Source: a virus
IMG/VR virus record: IMGVR_UViG_3300042402_003259
Coordinates: 18,640 to 82,639 of that record
DNA length: 64,000 nucleotides
Reading direction: 5' to 3' (one strand)
A model generated the notes under the pieces. The model saw only the letters and a list, made by a program, of their open reading frames with translations, was not told the DNA's origin and did not search any database. This document shows, piece after piece, positions 16,736 to 26,095 of this stretch (the stretch's first letter is position 1; every line of letters starts with the position of its first letter). The position numbers were made by a program, and so were the translations under genes.

Positions 16736-17348
16736 GGGGTATTTTGTCGGATTTTGAAAGATTTTCGTGCGCCCAAAGCGGTTGCAAATTTTTATAATTA
16801 AAACATTTTAAACAGTCTTCTTTTTTTGATAGGTCGAAAGCCGCGCATGGAATTATATGGTCGATATGCCATTCGCCATGATTTTGCCAAGTCATACCTT
16901 CTTTGAATTGATTTTGTAAATGAGTTTTTAACTCTTCAATATTACATCCAAGGAATTCTATTGTCTTCTTTTTATTTTTATATTTATTTATTAAATGATT
17001 TTTTAAAGCTTGTCTTATTCTTCCACTAATAGTTATTCTCAATTTAAAATGAGCGTCAACTTTTTTTCTATTATTTTTATTTATATTACGTTTGTCTCTA
17101 TTATTTTTTGCATATTCTGCATTTTGTTTTCTTATTCTTTCTGAATTTAATTTATAATGCTCTCTTTTTTGAGCGTTTATTTTATATCTATTTAATTCCC
17201 TATATTTATTTTGATGTTCTCTGGTTTCTTTATGGTTAGAAAGATAATATTCTTGTTTATTTTTCTTTAAGCAATTGTTGCAAATTCTTCTATCTTTTCT
17301 AAATCCTATTAAATCTTCTGTAGCGTTACATGTTTTACATATTTTCAT
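16710..17348 (-). CDS. HNH endonuclease (free-standing homing type)
   Basis: N-terminal CxxC pairs, WHIDHIIPC..NLQPLWAHENLSKSDK; start set at ATG 17348 after AAGGGG. Confidence 0.85.
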   Translation of the reverse strand: MKICKTCNATEDLIGFRKDRRICNNCLKKNKQEYYLSNHKETREHQNKYRELNRYKINAQKREHYKLNSERIRKQNAEYAKNNRDKRNINKNNRKKVDAHFKLRITISGRIRQALKNHLINKYKNKKKTIEFLGCNIEELKTHLQNQFKEGMTWQNHGEWHIDHIIPCAAFDLSKKEDCLKCFNYKNLQPLWAHENLSKSDKIPLDSMHEIA

Positions 17349-17361
17349 AAAAAATCCCCTT

Positions 17362-17462
17362 TCCGACACTACTCGAAAAAGGGACGATGCGTAAACGCAC
17401 CTATTTAGCGATTGCCGCTAAAAATTGATTTTTCATCCTCCGATTTCTCGGGTAGTGTAGGA
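17362..17462 (-). ncRNA. Structured multibranch 5' leader of HNH gene
   Basis: 19-position closing stem with 17 pairs enclosing a GGAUGA/UCGUCC stem and two hairpins. Confidence 0.55.
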
Positions 17463-17490
17463 TATACTATATAATACACTATTTATTGAT

Positions 17491-17775
17491 TTATTCCAAA
17501 TCGTCAAGGGGTTTTTCAAAAAAATCATCAAGGTATCCACTACTTAATTCAAGGTAAAAAATGACGCTGTTCTCGTCTTCAAATACTTTGACTTCACCAG
17601 CAATACTTTTAGCACACTTATAAAATATATCACTGCTATATTTATCCACGCTCTCTTCATCAGGAACTAATGCTCTTACTACGTCTAAAACAAGAACTCT
17701 CAAATAAAAATCATTATTATACTGAACTTTATCGTAAAAGTTTCTATCTACAACAATTGCAAATTTATGAGTCAT
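17491..17775 (-). CDS. Hypothetical protein
   Basis: ORF directly after tRNA-Gly. Confidence 0.55.
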   Translation of the reverse strand: MTHKFAIVVDRNFYDKVQYNNDFYLRVLVLDVVRALVPDEESVDKYSSDIFYKCAKSIAGEVKVFEDENSVIFYLELSSGYLDDFFEKPLDDLE

Positions 17776-17780
17776 GAAAG

Positions 17781-17854
17781 TGGAGCGGGTAGCGAGAATT
17801 GAACTCGCATTATCACTTTGGAAGAGTGAGACTTTACCATTAAGTTATACCCGC
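17781..17854 (-). tRNA. trnG: tRNA-Gly(UCC)
   Basis: TCACT-CT-TCC-AA-AGTGA, acceptor GCGGGTA/TACCCGC, encoded CCA. Confidence 0.93.
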
Positions 17855-17861
17855 TTTTAAA

Positions 17862-18161
17862 TTAAGGATTAACTACCTTCACTAAATTAACTACAGGTTT
17901 CAATCGCAATAAAGCTTTGCCACCATGCTTATCATCATGCTGAATAACAAAACATTGAATAAAAACATTCTCTCCAATAAATCTTACGTCTATTAATTGT
18001 ATACTATGTTGCTTATTATCTTCTGTCTTTAATGTGGCAAGTGGAGGAGAATTGATATCTATATCTTTATACAAAGATTCAATATCTACTGTTTGCCCAA
18101 TATAGTTTTCCAAGAACTTTCCACCATTATTGGTTCCATCTATATTGAGAATGAATTTCAT
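17862..18161 (-). CDS. Hypothetical protein
   Basis: ORF. Confidence 0.55.
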   Translation of the reverse strand: MKFILNIDGTNNGGKFLENYIGQTVDIESLYKDIDINSPPLATLKTEDNKQHSIQLIDVRFIGENVFIQCFVIQHDDKHGGKALLRLKPVVNLVKVVNP

Positions 18162-18361
18162 AGATCTACTTCTTCAGTGATATTCATCTTAGGGTTATTT
18201 AGAACTTGGCGAAGAATCTCAATAATCAATAGATCTTGCTTTGCTTGAGGCTTAAAGTTAGCTTCATTCTTAAAAATTTCAGACAAATCTTCAAGATCTT
18301 TATCCCCGATTTTAACTGTAACGTGCTTCATGTATTAATAATACAATCAGCCACAAAGTTT

Positions 18362-19306
18362 TCAATTAGGAAAACGCTTAATGAAATGAACAAAAGCTTT
18401 ATCTTTGCCTTTGACTTCGATCTCCCAAGTAACATCCAATCCCATATCAGGAGGAGGAACAGTGAGATTCTTGGCGTGATTACGCTTTGTATCTTTCTCT
18501 GCTTCAGACCAATGAAAAACAGGGGGAACATCCCAAGTTTGAAAAAACTTCATAAAGTTTTTCTCGAAAGGAATAATCGTACCATCAGCGATAATACTAG
18601 GATTTGCCGTATCGTGCAAGTTATCATAAGTCAAAGGAAAATGGAAACTATAAACCTGCCTCATGTAATTATGAAAATAATCATGAAGATTAAGACAGTT
18701 CCAAAATCCTTTGTCTTCGTTTTCGACGACTAGGCGATTGCGAACACCAATATCACACCGAAAGAAATTACGCACAAACTTGTCTACGAATTTCTGGGCA
18801 GATTCAAAGTTAGACAAACTAGGATGAATATTGATCGGGCATAGATGCGATTGCGGCATCTTCATTTGATCAAGCACCCAAGCATGAAAATTAAGTTCAG
18901 CAATAGATTTGTTGCAAATGTCATCTGAATCAGACCCGAGAACTACAAACTGATCAGGATGAATTGACATAGAAATATTAAGTTCGCGAGCAACGCGACC
19001 AATTTCCATCAACTTTTGTTCCAAAATATTCCAATACGGAAGCAAGTCTACTTGGATTTTTAGAGTAGGATCAGTAACAAGCGGAAACAGCTTGCATGAC
19101 AAACGGTAATGCTTGATGCCAACCTCTTTGCAGTGTTTAAGTGTTTCAATGGTTACGGTCAAGTTATGGGAAATGCGTCGAGACAATTCTTGAATTGATT
19201 CATCGCGACTTTTCTTCAAGAACTGAGTCCGAGTCATGGTCTTGAAGGCCAGATCAGGATTTTTATCGCGCAAAAGTTCTGAAATACAAACGAGTCCTAA
19301 TTTCAT
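18362..19306 (-). CDS. uvsE: UV-damage endonuclease (UVDE)
   Basis: LGLVCIS, YRLS..LFP, SIHPDQFVVL, VENED, FHWSE, EIEVKGKD. Confidence 0.92.
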   Translation of the reverse strand: MKLGLVCISELLRDKNPDLAFKTMTRTQFLKKSRDESIQELSRRISHNLTVTIETLKHCKEVGIKHYRLSCKLFPLVTDPTLKIQVDLLPYWNILEQKLMEIGRVARELNISMSIHPDQFVVLGSDSDDICNKSIAELNFHAWVLDQMKMPQSHLCPINIHPSLSNFESAQKFVDKFVRNFFRCDIGVRNRLVVENEDKGFWNCLNLHDYFHNYMRQVYSFHFPLTYDNLHDTANPSIIADGTIIPFEKNFMKFFQTWDVPPVFHWSEAEKDTKRNHAKNLTVPPPDMGLDVTWEIEVKGKDKAFVHFIKRFPN

Positions 19307-19815
19307 ACGCCGTGATTCTCGCAGGTTCCTTGGTTGTTGTCAAGGGGTTGTTTAGAAATTTCGCAAGAGTATTGCTTGCAAATATATAGTGGATTATTTA
19401 TTTCTTTCAAAGAAAAATTTAATTTTAATTTTTGCGCCGTTTTGTTTGCAGCGTTTAAAGCTTCAAAATTTGTTTTGAATATGTTTGTTTCCAGTTTTTC
19501 GGCCTTATCTTTTATTTGCAAATAAAATTGTTCTCTGAAATATCTGCCGTGTCTTCTATTTTTATTTTTTGGAGATATATAATAGAAATGAAATCTTAAA
19601 GTTTTATTTATTATAGAATAAAGTATATATCCAATTATTTCTGAATCGTTGTATAATAACTTTATTGTTTTATTATATATGCAAGGTTGCGTATATTTAG
19701 TATAAAACTCTTCAGTGTCAGGGTAGTTTTTCTTTAATGCGTATAAAGATTCTCTATAGATTTTTTCGAAATCTAAAGAGTTTATAAAAAGTTTGTAATC
19801 TTCGATGCGTGGCAT
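19303..19815 (-). CDS. GNAT-like protein
   Basis: IIGYILY..YISPKNKNRRHG resembles acetyl-CoA binding motif A. Confidence 0.4.
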   Translation of the reverse strand: MPRIEDYKLFINSLDFEKIYRESLYALKKNYPDTEEFYTKYTQPCIYNKTIKLLYNDSEIIGYILYSIINKTLRFHFYYISPKNKNRRHGRYFREQFYLQIKDKAEKLETNIFKTNFEALNAANKTAQKLKLNFSLKEINNPLYICKQYSCEISKQPLDNNQGTCENHGV

Positions 19816-19820
19816 AAAAT

Positions 19821-19840
19821 AGCCCCCATTTCTGGGGGCT
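19821..19840. terminator. Intrinsic terminator
   Basis: AGCCCCCA-tttc-TGGGGGCT. Confidence 0.7.
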
Positions 19841-19848
19841 TTGCTTAC

Positions 19849-20175
19849 TTACATCGGAATTCCATCGTCATCGGAATCAACGCTTGCTGGTTGAGGCGTT
19901 CGCTTTGGAGGGGCAGAAGCCTTAGCCTTCGGTGCAGGAGCGGCATCAACATTATCTTGTTCATTCGAAAGATAAATAATAAAGTCTGGAGACTTCTCAT
20001 TATTCTTTGTCTTGTTAGAGAACATGATTACACGTTGCTTCACCTTATTTCCAATCTCGTCGGAAACAATGTATCCAGTACAATATGAACTCTTGCCATT
20101 GGCAGCAGCCTTCTTCCAAAGTGCGCCAACTTCACGATTCTTCCATTCTGATTGCTTATCTGTAGTATTACTCAT
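19849..20175 (-). CDS. DUF736-like putative ssDNA-binding protein
   Basis: EVGALWKK..Y.TG, NEKSPDF, acidic tail DDDGIPM. Confidence 0.6.
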   Translation of the reverse strand: MSNTTDKQSEWKNREVGALWKKAAANGKSSYCTGYIVSDEIGNKVKQRVIMFSNKTKNNEKSPDFIIYLSNEQDNVDAAPAPKAKASAPPKRTPQPASVDSDDDGIPM

Positions 20176-20312
20176 ATTTTTTATTGTGATGTATAACTAA
20201 AACGAACGAAGTGAACATTATTATTAATAGTAGCACTAATTTTAATTTTCATATTCGCAATTATTTACGCGAGATCACCTTAGCAGGTTTTTCGAGGCTG
20301 TCAAGAGGTTTT

Positions 20313-20501
20313 TCAAAAATTTCCAAGCTCGTCGATCATTTTCACCTCAAGGGTTAATCTATTTTTTAGTGCCATCAATTGTTTCAAATATTTAGTTCTT
20401 TGTTTATCATTTTTTGCATTTGTTATTTTATAAATAACTTTATCAACCTCTTTGTTAAAAAATGCAGCAGAATCTTCCATGATTTGTTTATGATTCAACA
20501 T
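20313..20501 (-). CDS. Hypothetical protein
   Basis: Operonic ORF. Confidence 0.5.
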   Translation of the reverse strand: MLNHKQIMEDSAAFFNKEVDKVIYKITNAKNDKQRTKYLKQLMALKNRLTLEVKMIDELGNF

Positions 20502-21006
20502 AGAGGGAATTTAAAAAATCTTGATCCTTTTTGTTCCAGTACAAGATCTTTTTGATATTCTTATTATCCATTTGAATGCAATTTATTCCATAAAATTTAA
20601 AGATTTCTTGGTATTTCAAATCGGGTTGCTGGTCTGAGCCTTTTAGATATTGCTGAATAAAATAAACGCTCTTTATTTTTGAGGCAGCGATTGTTTTGGC
20701 GCAATGAATGCATGGACTATAAACCATGCAAGCGTAATAAGCTTGTCGCGAAGAATATAAAATAGCATTAATTTCTGCATGATTAATTAAGCAAGACTTC
20801 GTTTCGCGATCTTTAAATACCGTTTCTTTGGGTAAAAAGCCGGGGCCGAATCCGTTAAACCCAGTAGAAACTGTTCTCCACTCTTCATCAAATAAGGCAA
20901 CGCCTACTTGAGTGTGTGGGTCTTCTGAACGTGATCTAGCTGACAAAGCTAGATAACAACCGTATTCAGGTTTACTTAGTCTCGGTGTGTTCGGGTTGAA
21001 ACTCAT
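20488..21006 (-). CDS. dCMP deaminase
   Basis: RSEDPHTQVG, GFNG, HAEINA, SPCIHC. Confidence 0.88.
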   Translation of the reverse strand: MSFNPNTPRLSKPEYGCYLALSARSRSEDPHTQVGVALFDEEWRTVSTGFNGFGPGFLPKETVFKDRETKSCLINHAEINAILYSSRQAYYACMVYSPCIHCAKTIAASKIKSVYFIQQYLKGSDQQPDLKYQEIFKFYGINCIQMDNKNIKKILYWNKKDQDFLNSLYVES

Positions 21007-21631
21007 AGTACATTAATTCTGCGTCTCCTGCGGTCCATTTGTGAGCTAGACCTTCACAAGAAAATTCTTTTGAGAATGGTTTCCAAGTCTTCGATTCGGG
21101 TGGTAGTTTGCTTGAAATCCAAGCTCCGCTGTCTCTGAAAATTATTCTATTGTTTGGTTGGGCGAACATTTGTCCTCCTTCGCCCCAAAAAACATGAGCG
21201 CATTTGTGTCCAGCGGCTATTTCAGAATAACCCAGATTATAATCTTCTGAATTGCACCAATCAATTGTGAACAAATATTTTCCAACGTGCATTTTTTTAT
21301 CTTTTAAATAAATATATGCACTTCCATTTTTTAAATAGTCAAATCTTTGAACTGTAAAATAATAACTAAAACTGTCCCATAGCTGAAGCCAGTCTAGTGT
21401 ATATTTGGTGCTGGGTTGTTCACTATTGGAGAGATAGTGAATAGGCACTCTAGCAAATTGTGCGCCGTATTCACTCATTACATTGAACATCAAACACCTT
21501 TTAGGGATAGAAACGACTGAAAATATTTCTACAGGAATAAATTTTTCAGATGTTCGCGGCATCTGATCGTGTAGAAAAGAAGTATCTAAATATCCTATTT
21601 GTACTGGTATATTTGTCGATAGATAGCTCAC
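20972..21631 (-). CDS. Conserved phage hypothetical
   Basis: LQLWD.FSY, YLFTIDW, HKCAH, QPNNR motifs typical of T4-like aquatic phages. Confidence 0.7.
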   Translation of the reverse strand: MSYLSTNIPVQIGYLDTSFLHDQMPRTSEKFIPVEIFSVVSIPKRCLMFNVMSEYGAQFARVPIHYLSNSEQPSTKYTLDWLQLWDSFSYYFTVQRFDYLKNGSAYIYLKDKKMHVGKYLFTIDWCNSEDYNLGYSEIAAGHKCAHVFWGEGGQMFAQPNNRIIFRDSGAWISSKLPPESKTWKPFSKEFSCEGLAHKWTAGDAELMYYEFQPEHTETK

Positions 21632-21812
21632 TATTCACCTTTTAAAAATGTTTCTTTCAATTCTGTAATAGCCTTTAACATACTATCAAGAGTAGCTATT
21701 CTATTTGCATAAAGATTTTCTGTCTTTATCTGTTCTTCTTTAATTAGCTTTTCTAACTCTTTGATTCTTTTTAAAGTTTTTACTGGTTTAGTTCTTTCGA
21801 ATTCAGAGACGT

Positions 21813-22406
21813 TCATAGTTTTTTATATATAAAATATTTCTGCCATTCTTGTCTATTATTAATCGGCCTGTTTGGAAGAACAGGGATAGGCATTGGAACA
21901 GATTTTATATCGCGATTCTTGATATCAAAGAATGGATACATATCTTTCTTAATCTGATTACACCGCGCACAAGTGAGTGTGATGTTTTCAATTTCTTTGG
22001 TTCCACCTTTGGAGCGAGGGAAAATATGTTCGACTGTCATGTCCTTTTTGTCAAACTTTTCGTGACAAATTTGGCAAGTATTATCGAAGATCATGCATAA
22101 TTTCTGCAAGCTTAGAGTGCGAGGCAGTCTTTTTCTCTTAGAATAAAAAGACGCTTTGATAACAGCAGTAGTTGGTAGAAACCAAATTCTATCTTTAGAA
22201 GTCAAGAACGGCTGATCTTCATGAAAATTGATTCCCTGATTAGAAAACCATTGAAGATTATTATCTATAAGATTCTCGCTTGCATCAAAGCATTTAATAT
22301 TATTCTTTATCAAATGTAAGAATGTCGCCCTGCCTGTTAAAAAAGTATAAGGCATGAACGAAGAATCTAAAAGTAAAGTGGTTATTTGATTAGAATAACT
22401 CGACAT
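21813..22406 (-). CDS. McrA-like HNH endonuclease
   Basis: CQIC, TVEHIFPRSKGG, NITLTCARCN.IK. Confidence 0.85.
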   Translation of the reverse strand: MSSYSNQITTLLLDSSFMPYTFLTGRATFLHLIKNNIKCFDASENLIDNNLQWFSNQGINFHEDQPFLTSKDRIWFLPTTAVIKASFYSKRKRLPRTLSLQKLCMIFDNTCQICHEKFDKKDMTVEHIFPRSKGGTKEIENITLTCARCNQIKKDMYPFFDIKNRDIKSVPMPIPVLPNRPINNRQEWQKYFIYKKL

Positions 22407-22444
22407 TGTTCGACGATAACAGAAAAATATCGGATGTCAACACA

Positions 22445-22472
22445 AAAAAACCGCCAACTTTCGTTGGCGGTA
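22445..22472 (-). terminator. Intrinsic terminator after OMP gene
   Basis: ACCGCCAAC-gaaa-GTTGGCGGT followed by U-run on minus strand. Confidence 0.75.
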
Positions 22473-22496
22473 TATTTGACTAAATATCGTTCACTA

Positions 22497-23201
22497 TTAG
22501 AAGTTCCAGCGAACACCAGCGACAGCAACGATGTCGCCGCTAAACTCTTGCGAAGCGAACTTGTACTTTGAAGCTGAGAAGTTGTTGTCATACCAACCGA
22601 CTTCAGCATAAGGCTGCAAGTGGTTGAAGAAAGTGCGAGATACGCCGATCTTTGCCGCGACAACATCATAATCAGTGAACTTACCATACTCTATTGCTGG
22701 AGTAACAGTGACCCATCCAAATACATCGGTTGGGCGTTCAACGCCAACGATATAACCAGATTGCTTTAGATTGAAATCATGTGAACCACGAATATAAGGA
22801 GTTAGATATGGATTGACCAAAGCAATCTTTGGGGCTAGTTCGATAGAATTACGACCACCAACAATTGAGCTTTGATGGCGTAGCAATTGTAGATCGCCAC
22901 GAAGAGAAAACTTCTCGGTAATCTTTAGAGCCTTGCCTACACCTACATTCCAGTGAGATTCATCGATGCTGTTAGAATCAGGAAGAATAACACCACCGAC
23001 ATAACCATCTACGCCAAAATAAGTTGATCCAATATCAAAACCAGCGAAACCTTGTCCGCTAGTCTTGGCTAGACCATTTACGATGTAGTGGTTGTTGTAG
23101 CCAGCATTAATACTGGCGCGAACTGAAGACTCAGTATCCGCAGCAAAAACTGCGACTGAGGCTAGAATTGACACGATGAATAACTTAAATGATTTAATCA
23201 T
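22497..23201 (-). CDS. Outer-membrane beta-barrel protein (TorF/TIGR02001-like)
   Basis: Sec signal (AVFA^A), alternating amphipathic beta strands, C-terminal beta-signal GVRWNF. Confidence 0.75.
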   Translation of the reverse strand: MIKSFKLFIVSILASVAVFAADTESSVRASINAGYNNHYIVNGLAKTSGQGFAGFDIGSTYFGVDGYVGGVILPDSNSIDESHWNVGVGKALKITEKFSLRGDLQLLRHQSSIVGGRNSIELAPKIALVNPYLTPYIRGSHDFNLKQSGYIVGVERPTDVFGWVTVTPAIEYGKFTDYDVVAAKIGVSRTFFNHLQPYAEVGWYDNNFSASKYKFASQEFSGDIVAVAGVRWNF

Positions 23202-23234
23202 AGGTATATAATCTTACACAGATTCTGCGCCTTG

Positions 23235-23834
23235 TCAACAAGTTTTTTCAGAGTCTTCTAGCTCTCTAATATTTATTAATTTACCGACATATTTACCATC
23301 TTCTTGTCTGACTGCTATACATTTTGCACTGAAAGATCTATTTTTACTATCTACAATTATTATTTCGTGTTCAAAGTTTCTTTTATTTTCTATTGCTATT
23401 TGCCAGCTTTCATTTATTTCTGTTCTAGTATTTTCGCAAAGAGCATTGATCCAATTATTGTTTTCTAAATCTTTAAATAATCTATCAGTCAAACGTATCA
23501 TTGCGCTATTCGCCCAAGTAAAATTTCCGTTTTCATCTGTTTCAAATATCGGTTCTTCTCTATTATCTAATATCCATCTTTGTCGATAAAGAATTGTTTT
23601 AGTGGATAATTGAAGATCATTCATTTGATCTTTCAAGCTTTTACCGCCATTTGGTTTTAGTTCTTTAGAAATGTGTGATATTTCATTTTTAAGAACCGCT
23701 ATATCCGTAGTAATTGTTGTGAAAGGATGCAATTTTTTTAAAACATAAAACATATATCCGCAAAATGCTGTAATTACAACAATTGACGAGTTTATTTTAT
23801 TTATAGTTTCAATAATTTCTTTTAGCGTATCCAT
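23235..23834 (-). CDS. Single-TM protein with PAS domain (holin-associated type)
   Basis: TM at about aa 17-32, ELKPNGGKSLKD motif, PIFETDENG.FTWAN PAS signature. Confidence 0.7.
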   Translation of the reverse strand: MDTLKEIIETINKINSSIVVITAFCGYMFYVLKKLHPFTTITTDIAVLKNEISHISKELKPNGGKSLKDQMNDLQLSTKTILYRQRWILDNREEPIFETDENGNFTWANSAMIRLTDRLFKDLENNNWINALCENTRTEINESWQIAIENKRNFEHEIIIVDSKNRSFSAKCIAVRQEDGKYVGKLINIRELEDSEKTC

Positions 23835-23861
23835 AATTTAATATTATGATTTTACACCGTT

Positions 23862-25628
23862 TTAAACATTAGTAGAATCACTTTTTTTAACTCTTGAAGA
23901 TGGAAAACTTTTATTTCCAAAATCAGAACTATATAAACTATATAATCTCATTACGACTCCATGTTTAACAATAACGTCGCCAAGATCTTCTACTAAAACA
24001 TAATTAGGTCTATCATATTTAGCCATAACGTCAGAGCTAACTAATAAATGATTGCTTTCACCTGCATCCATAACTCTTTGAGCATAATTGATTCCATCGC
24101 CGCTTATATTTAAGTTACCGTTGATGTCTTCTAATGGACAAACATCGCCGCAGTGAACGCCCATTCTCATTTGTAGATCTTCTCTATTTTTTACAGCTTT
24201 TGCTACAGTAATGCCACAATTAATAGCATCTTCAAGATAAGTAAAGAATCCAAGAATCATGCCATCGCCTGTTGGTAAAACAATTAATTTTTCAAGAGCG
24301 TTGGCGGTTTTAAATTGGATGGTTGATTTGACTATTTCTCCTAAATCTTTAAATACTTTTCTTTGTTCATCAGTTGTTTTTTTACTGTATCCAACAATAT
24401 CCATGAAAAATATATAGCCATCTTGTATTTTATCCAATTCAAGGCGACTAGATTTAACTTCAGCATCAATCGCCGCAACTTGATTTATTATTTTCTTAGG
24501 TGCTTTTGGTGCTTCAACTTTTTTAATCTCTTCGACTTTCTTTTCTTCGACTGGTTTGTTTTTGCTTTTTAAAAATTCTTTCCAACTAATGGTCTTTTTA
24601 TCTTTTTTCTTTGGGTCTTTTGCGACTTCTTCTTCATGTATCTTTTTTAACTTAACTTCTTCTTCATTTCTTTTATCAATGTAAGCTTGCATTTGCTTTT
24701 TAAATTCTTCACTGATATGGATTGTAACGTCTTTGCCGCCACCTCCATTGTCGATTTTTTTCTTTCTTGCTGCTCCTTTTAATTGAAGCAGTGTTTGCAT
24801 TTTAATATTACCAGTTTTAAAAGCTAAATCTAAAGGAGCGATTTCACCTTTAAAGTCTGCACCATTAACATTAGCTCCTAGACAGATCAAAAATTCAACC
24901 ATTTCAATATCATTAGCATTAACTGCATAATGAATTGGCATCCATCCATTTTTATCATCGCGACCATTTATACGGCCATCAATATCAAAATACTTTTGAA
25001 CTCCTTCGAAGTCTCCCGTTTCAGCGCAAAAATGAATACTTGAGCCACCAGAAGACTTTGCTCCTGCTTTAGTTAGTATTCTTACTATTTCTCCTCTATT
25101 GCCTAAAGCTAATACGTCTATTGGATTATTCTTGCCTAAGAAGTCTTTAGCGTTAACATCTGCGCCTCTGAGTAATAAGTATTCTACAAGATGTTTTTGT
25201 CCGTAATGAACTGCATAATGCATAGCAGTCCAACCTTTTGCCGCATCTACTTCATTTAAAGTATTTCCTTTGTTCAACATTTCTTCAACAGAAACTATAT
25301 CTCCATTTTTAGCAGCTAAATGAAAACTACTACCGCTTCCGTATTTTGCACCACGTTTTTGAAGAACATCAACAATAGATAAAAAACCTTTTTGTTCTGC
25401 AATATCAAGTGCTGTGTTTTTACTTGTCCAGTCTTTGCAGTTAACGTCAGCACCATGATTTAATAGTAATTCGACAATCTCTTTATTATTCTCTGATACG
25501 GCAGCTATGAGAGGGGGATTTCCAGTGTCCTCGTCTCTTTCATTTATATTTACCTTATCTTTTACTATGCAATTATAAACATTATCGTATAAATTGCGAC
25601 GGATATGAGTAAAAATATTTATTGCCAT
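23862..25628 (-). CDS. Ankyrin-repeat protein fused to class III nucleotide cyclase
   Basis: Multiple G.T/PL..A ankyrin repeats, Lys/Glu-rich linker, FMDIVGYS, TGDG, RMGVHCG, GDGINYAQR. Confidence 0.88.
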   Translation of the reverse strand: MAINIFTHIRRNLYDNVYNCIVKDKVNINERDEDTGNPPLIAAVSENNKEIVELLLNHGADVNCKDWTSKNTALDIAEQKGFLSIVDVLQKRGAKYGSGSSFHLAAKNGDIVSVEEMLNKGNTLNEVDAAKGWTAMHYAVHYGQKHLVEYLLLRGADVNAKDFLGKNNPIDVLALGNRGEIVRILTKAGAKSSGGSSIHFCAETGDFEGVQKYFDIDGRINGRDDKNGWMPIHYAVNANDIEMVEFLICLGANVNGADFKGEIAPLDLAFKTGNIKMQTLLQLKGAARKKKIDNGGGGKDVTIHISEEFKKQMQAYIDKRNEEEVKLKKIHEEEVAKDPKKKDKKTISWKEFLKSKNKPVEEKKVEEIKKVEAPKAPKKIINQVAAIDAEVKSSRLELDKIQDGYIFFMDIVGYSKKTTDEQRKVFKDLGEIVKSTIQFKTANALEKLIVLPTGDGMILGFFTYLEDAINCGITVAKAVKNREDLQMRMGVHCGDVCPLEDINGNLNISGDGINYAQRVMDAGESNHLLVSSDVMAKYDRPNYVLVEDLGDVIVKHGVVMRLYSLYSSDFGNKSFPSSRVKKSDSTNV

Positions 25629-25629
25629 T

Positions 25630-26010
25630 TTAGTCTTGCTTCTTAAATCTACTGAGATCTAAGTTAGCAAGTGGCTTTTCGATATTTAATGATGCTAGTC
25701 TTTCGTTTTGAACCACTAACTTGCTGCCGCCCAAAACCTTTCCGTCAACAACATCGTATATGAAGAATACGGTCTTTGTTAAACCTACTCTGACTATTCT
25801 TCCAGGCTTACCATCGACATACACAACGTCATCTTCTTTATAATCATTTCCTACAAACATAAACAAAGCAGCCGCAAACTTTTCAATACTAGACTTAAAC
25901 ATTAAAGCTATAAGTCCCACAATAAATAACCAAACATATTTACCAGTCAAATCTTGACCAGTTGATTCTAATACTTGTTGCGATATAATCTGAACATCGT
26001 TTGTATTCAT
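25630..26010 (-). CDS. Truncated MscS-like membrane protein
   Basis: TM helices then YKEDDVVYVDGKPGRIVRVGLTKT, MscS beta-domain pattern. Confidence 0.6.
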   Translation of the reverse strand: MNTNDVQIISQQVLESTGQDLTGKYVWLFIVGLIALMFKSSIEKFAAALFMFVGNDYKEDDVVYVDGKPGRIVRVGLTKTVFFIYDVVDGKVLGGSKLVVQNERLASLNIEKPLANLDLSRFKKQD

Positions 26011-26095
26011 ATAATCAGTGTGACATAACTGATTACACTAAAATAAACCAAATAGATTTTTTTAATTCATCCGGTATTGATTAGTAATTTTCCGG

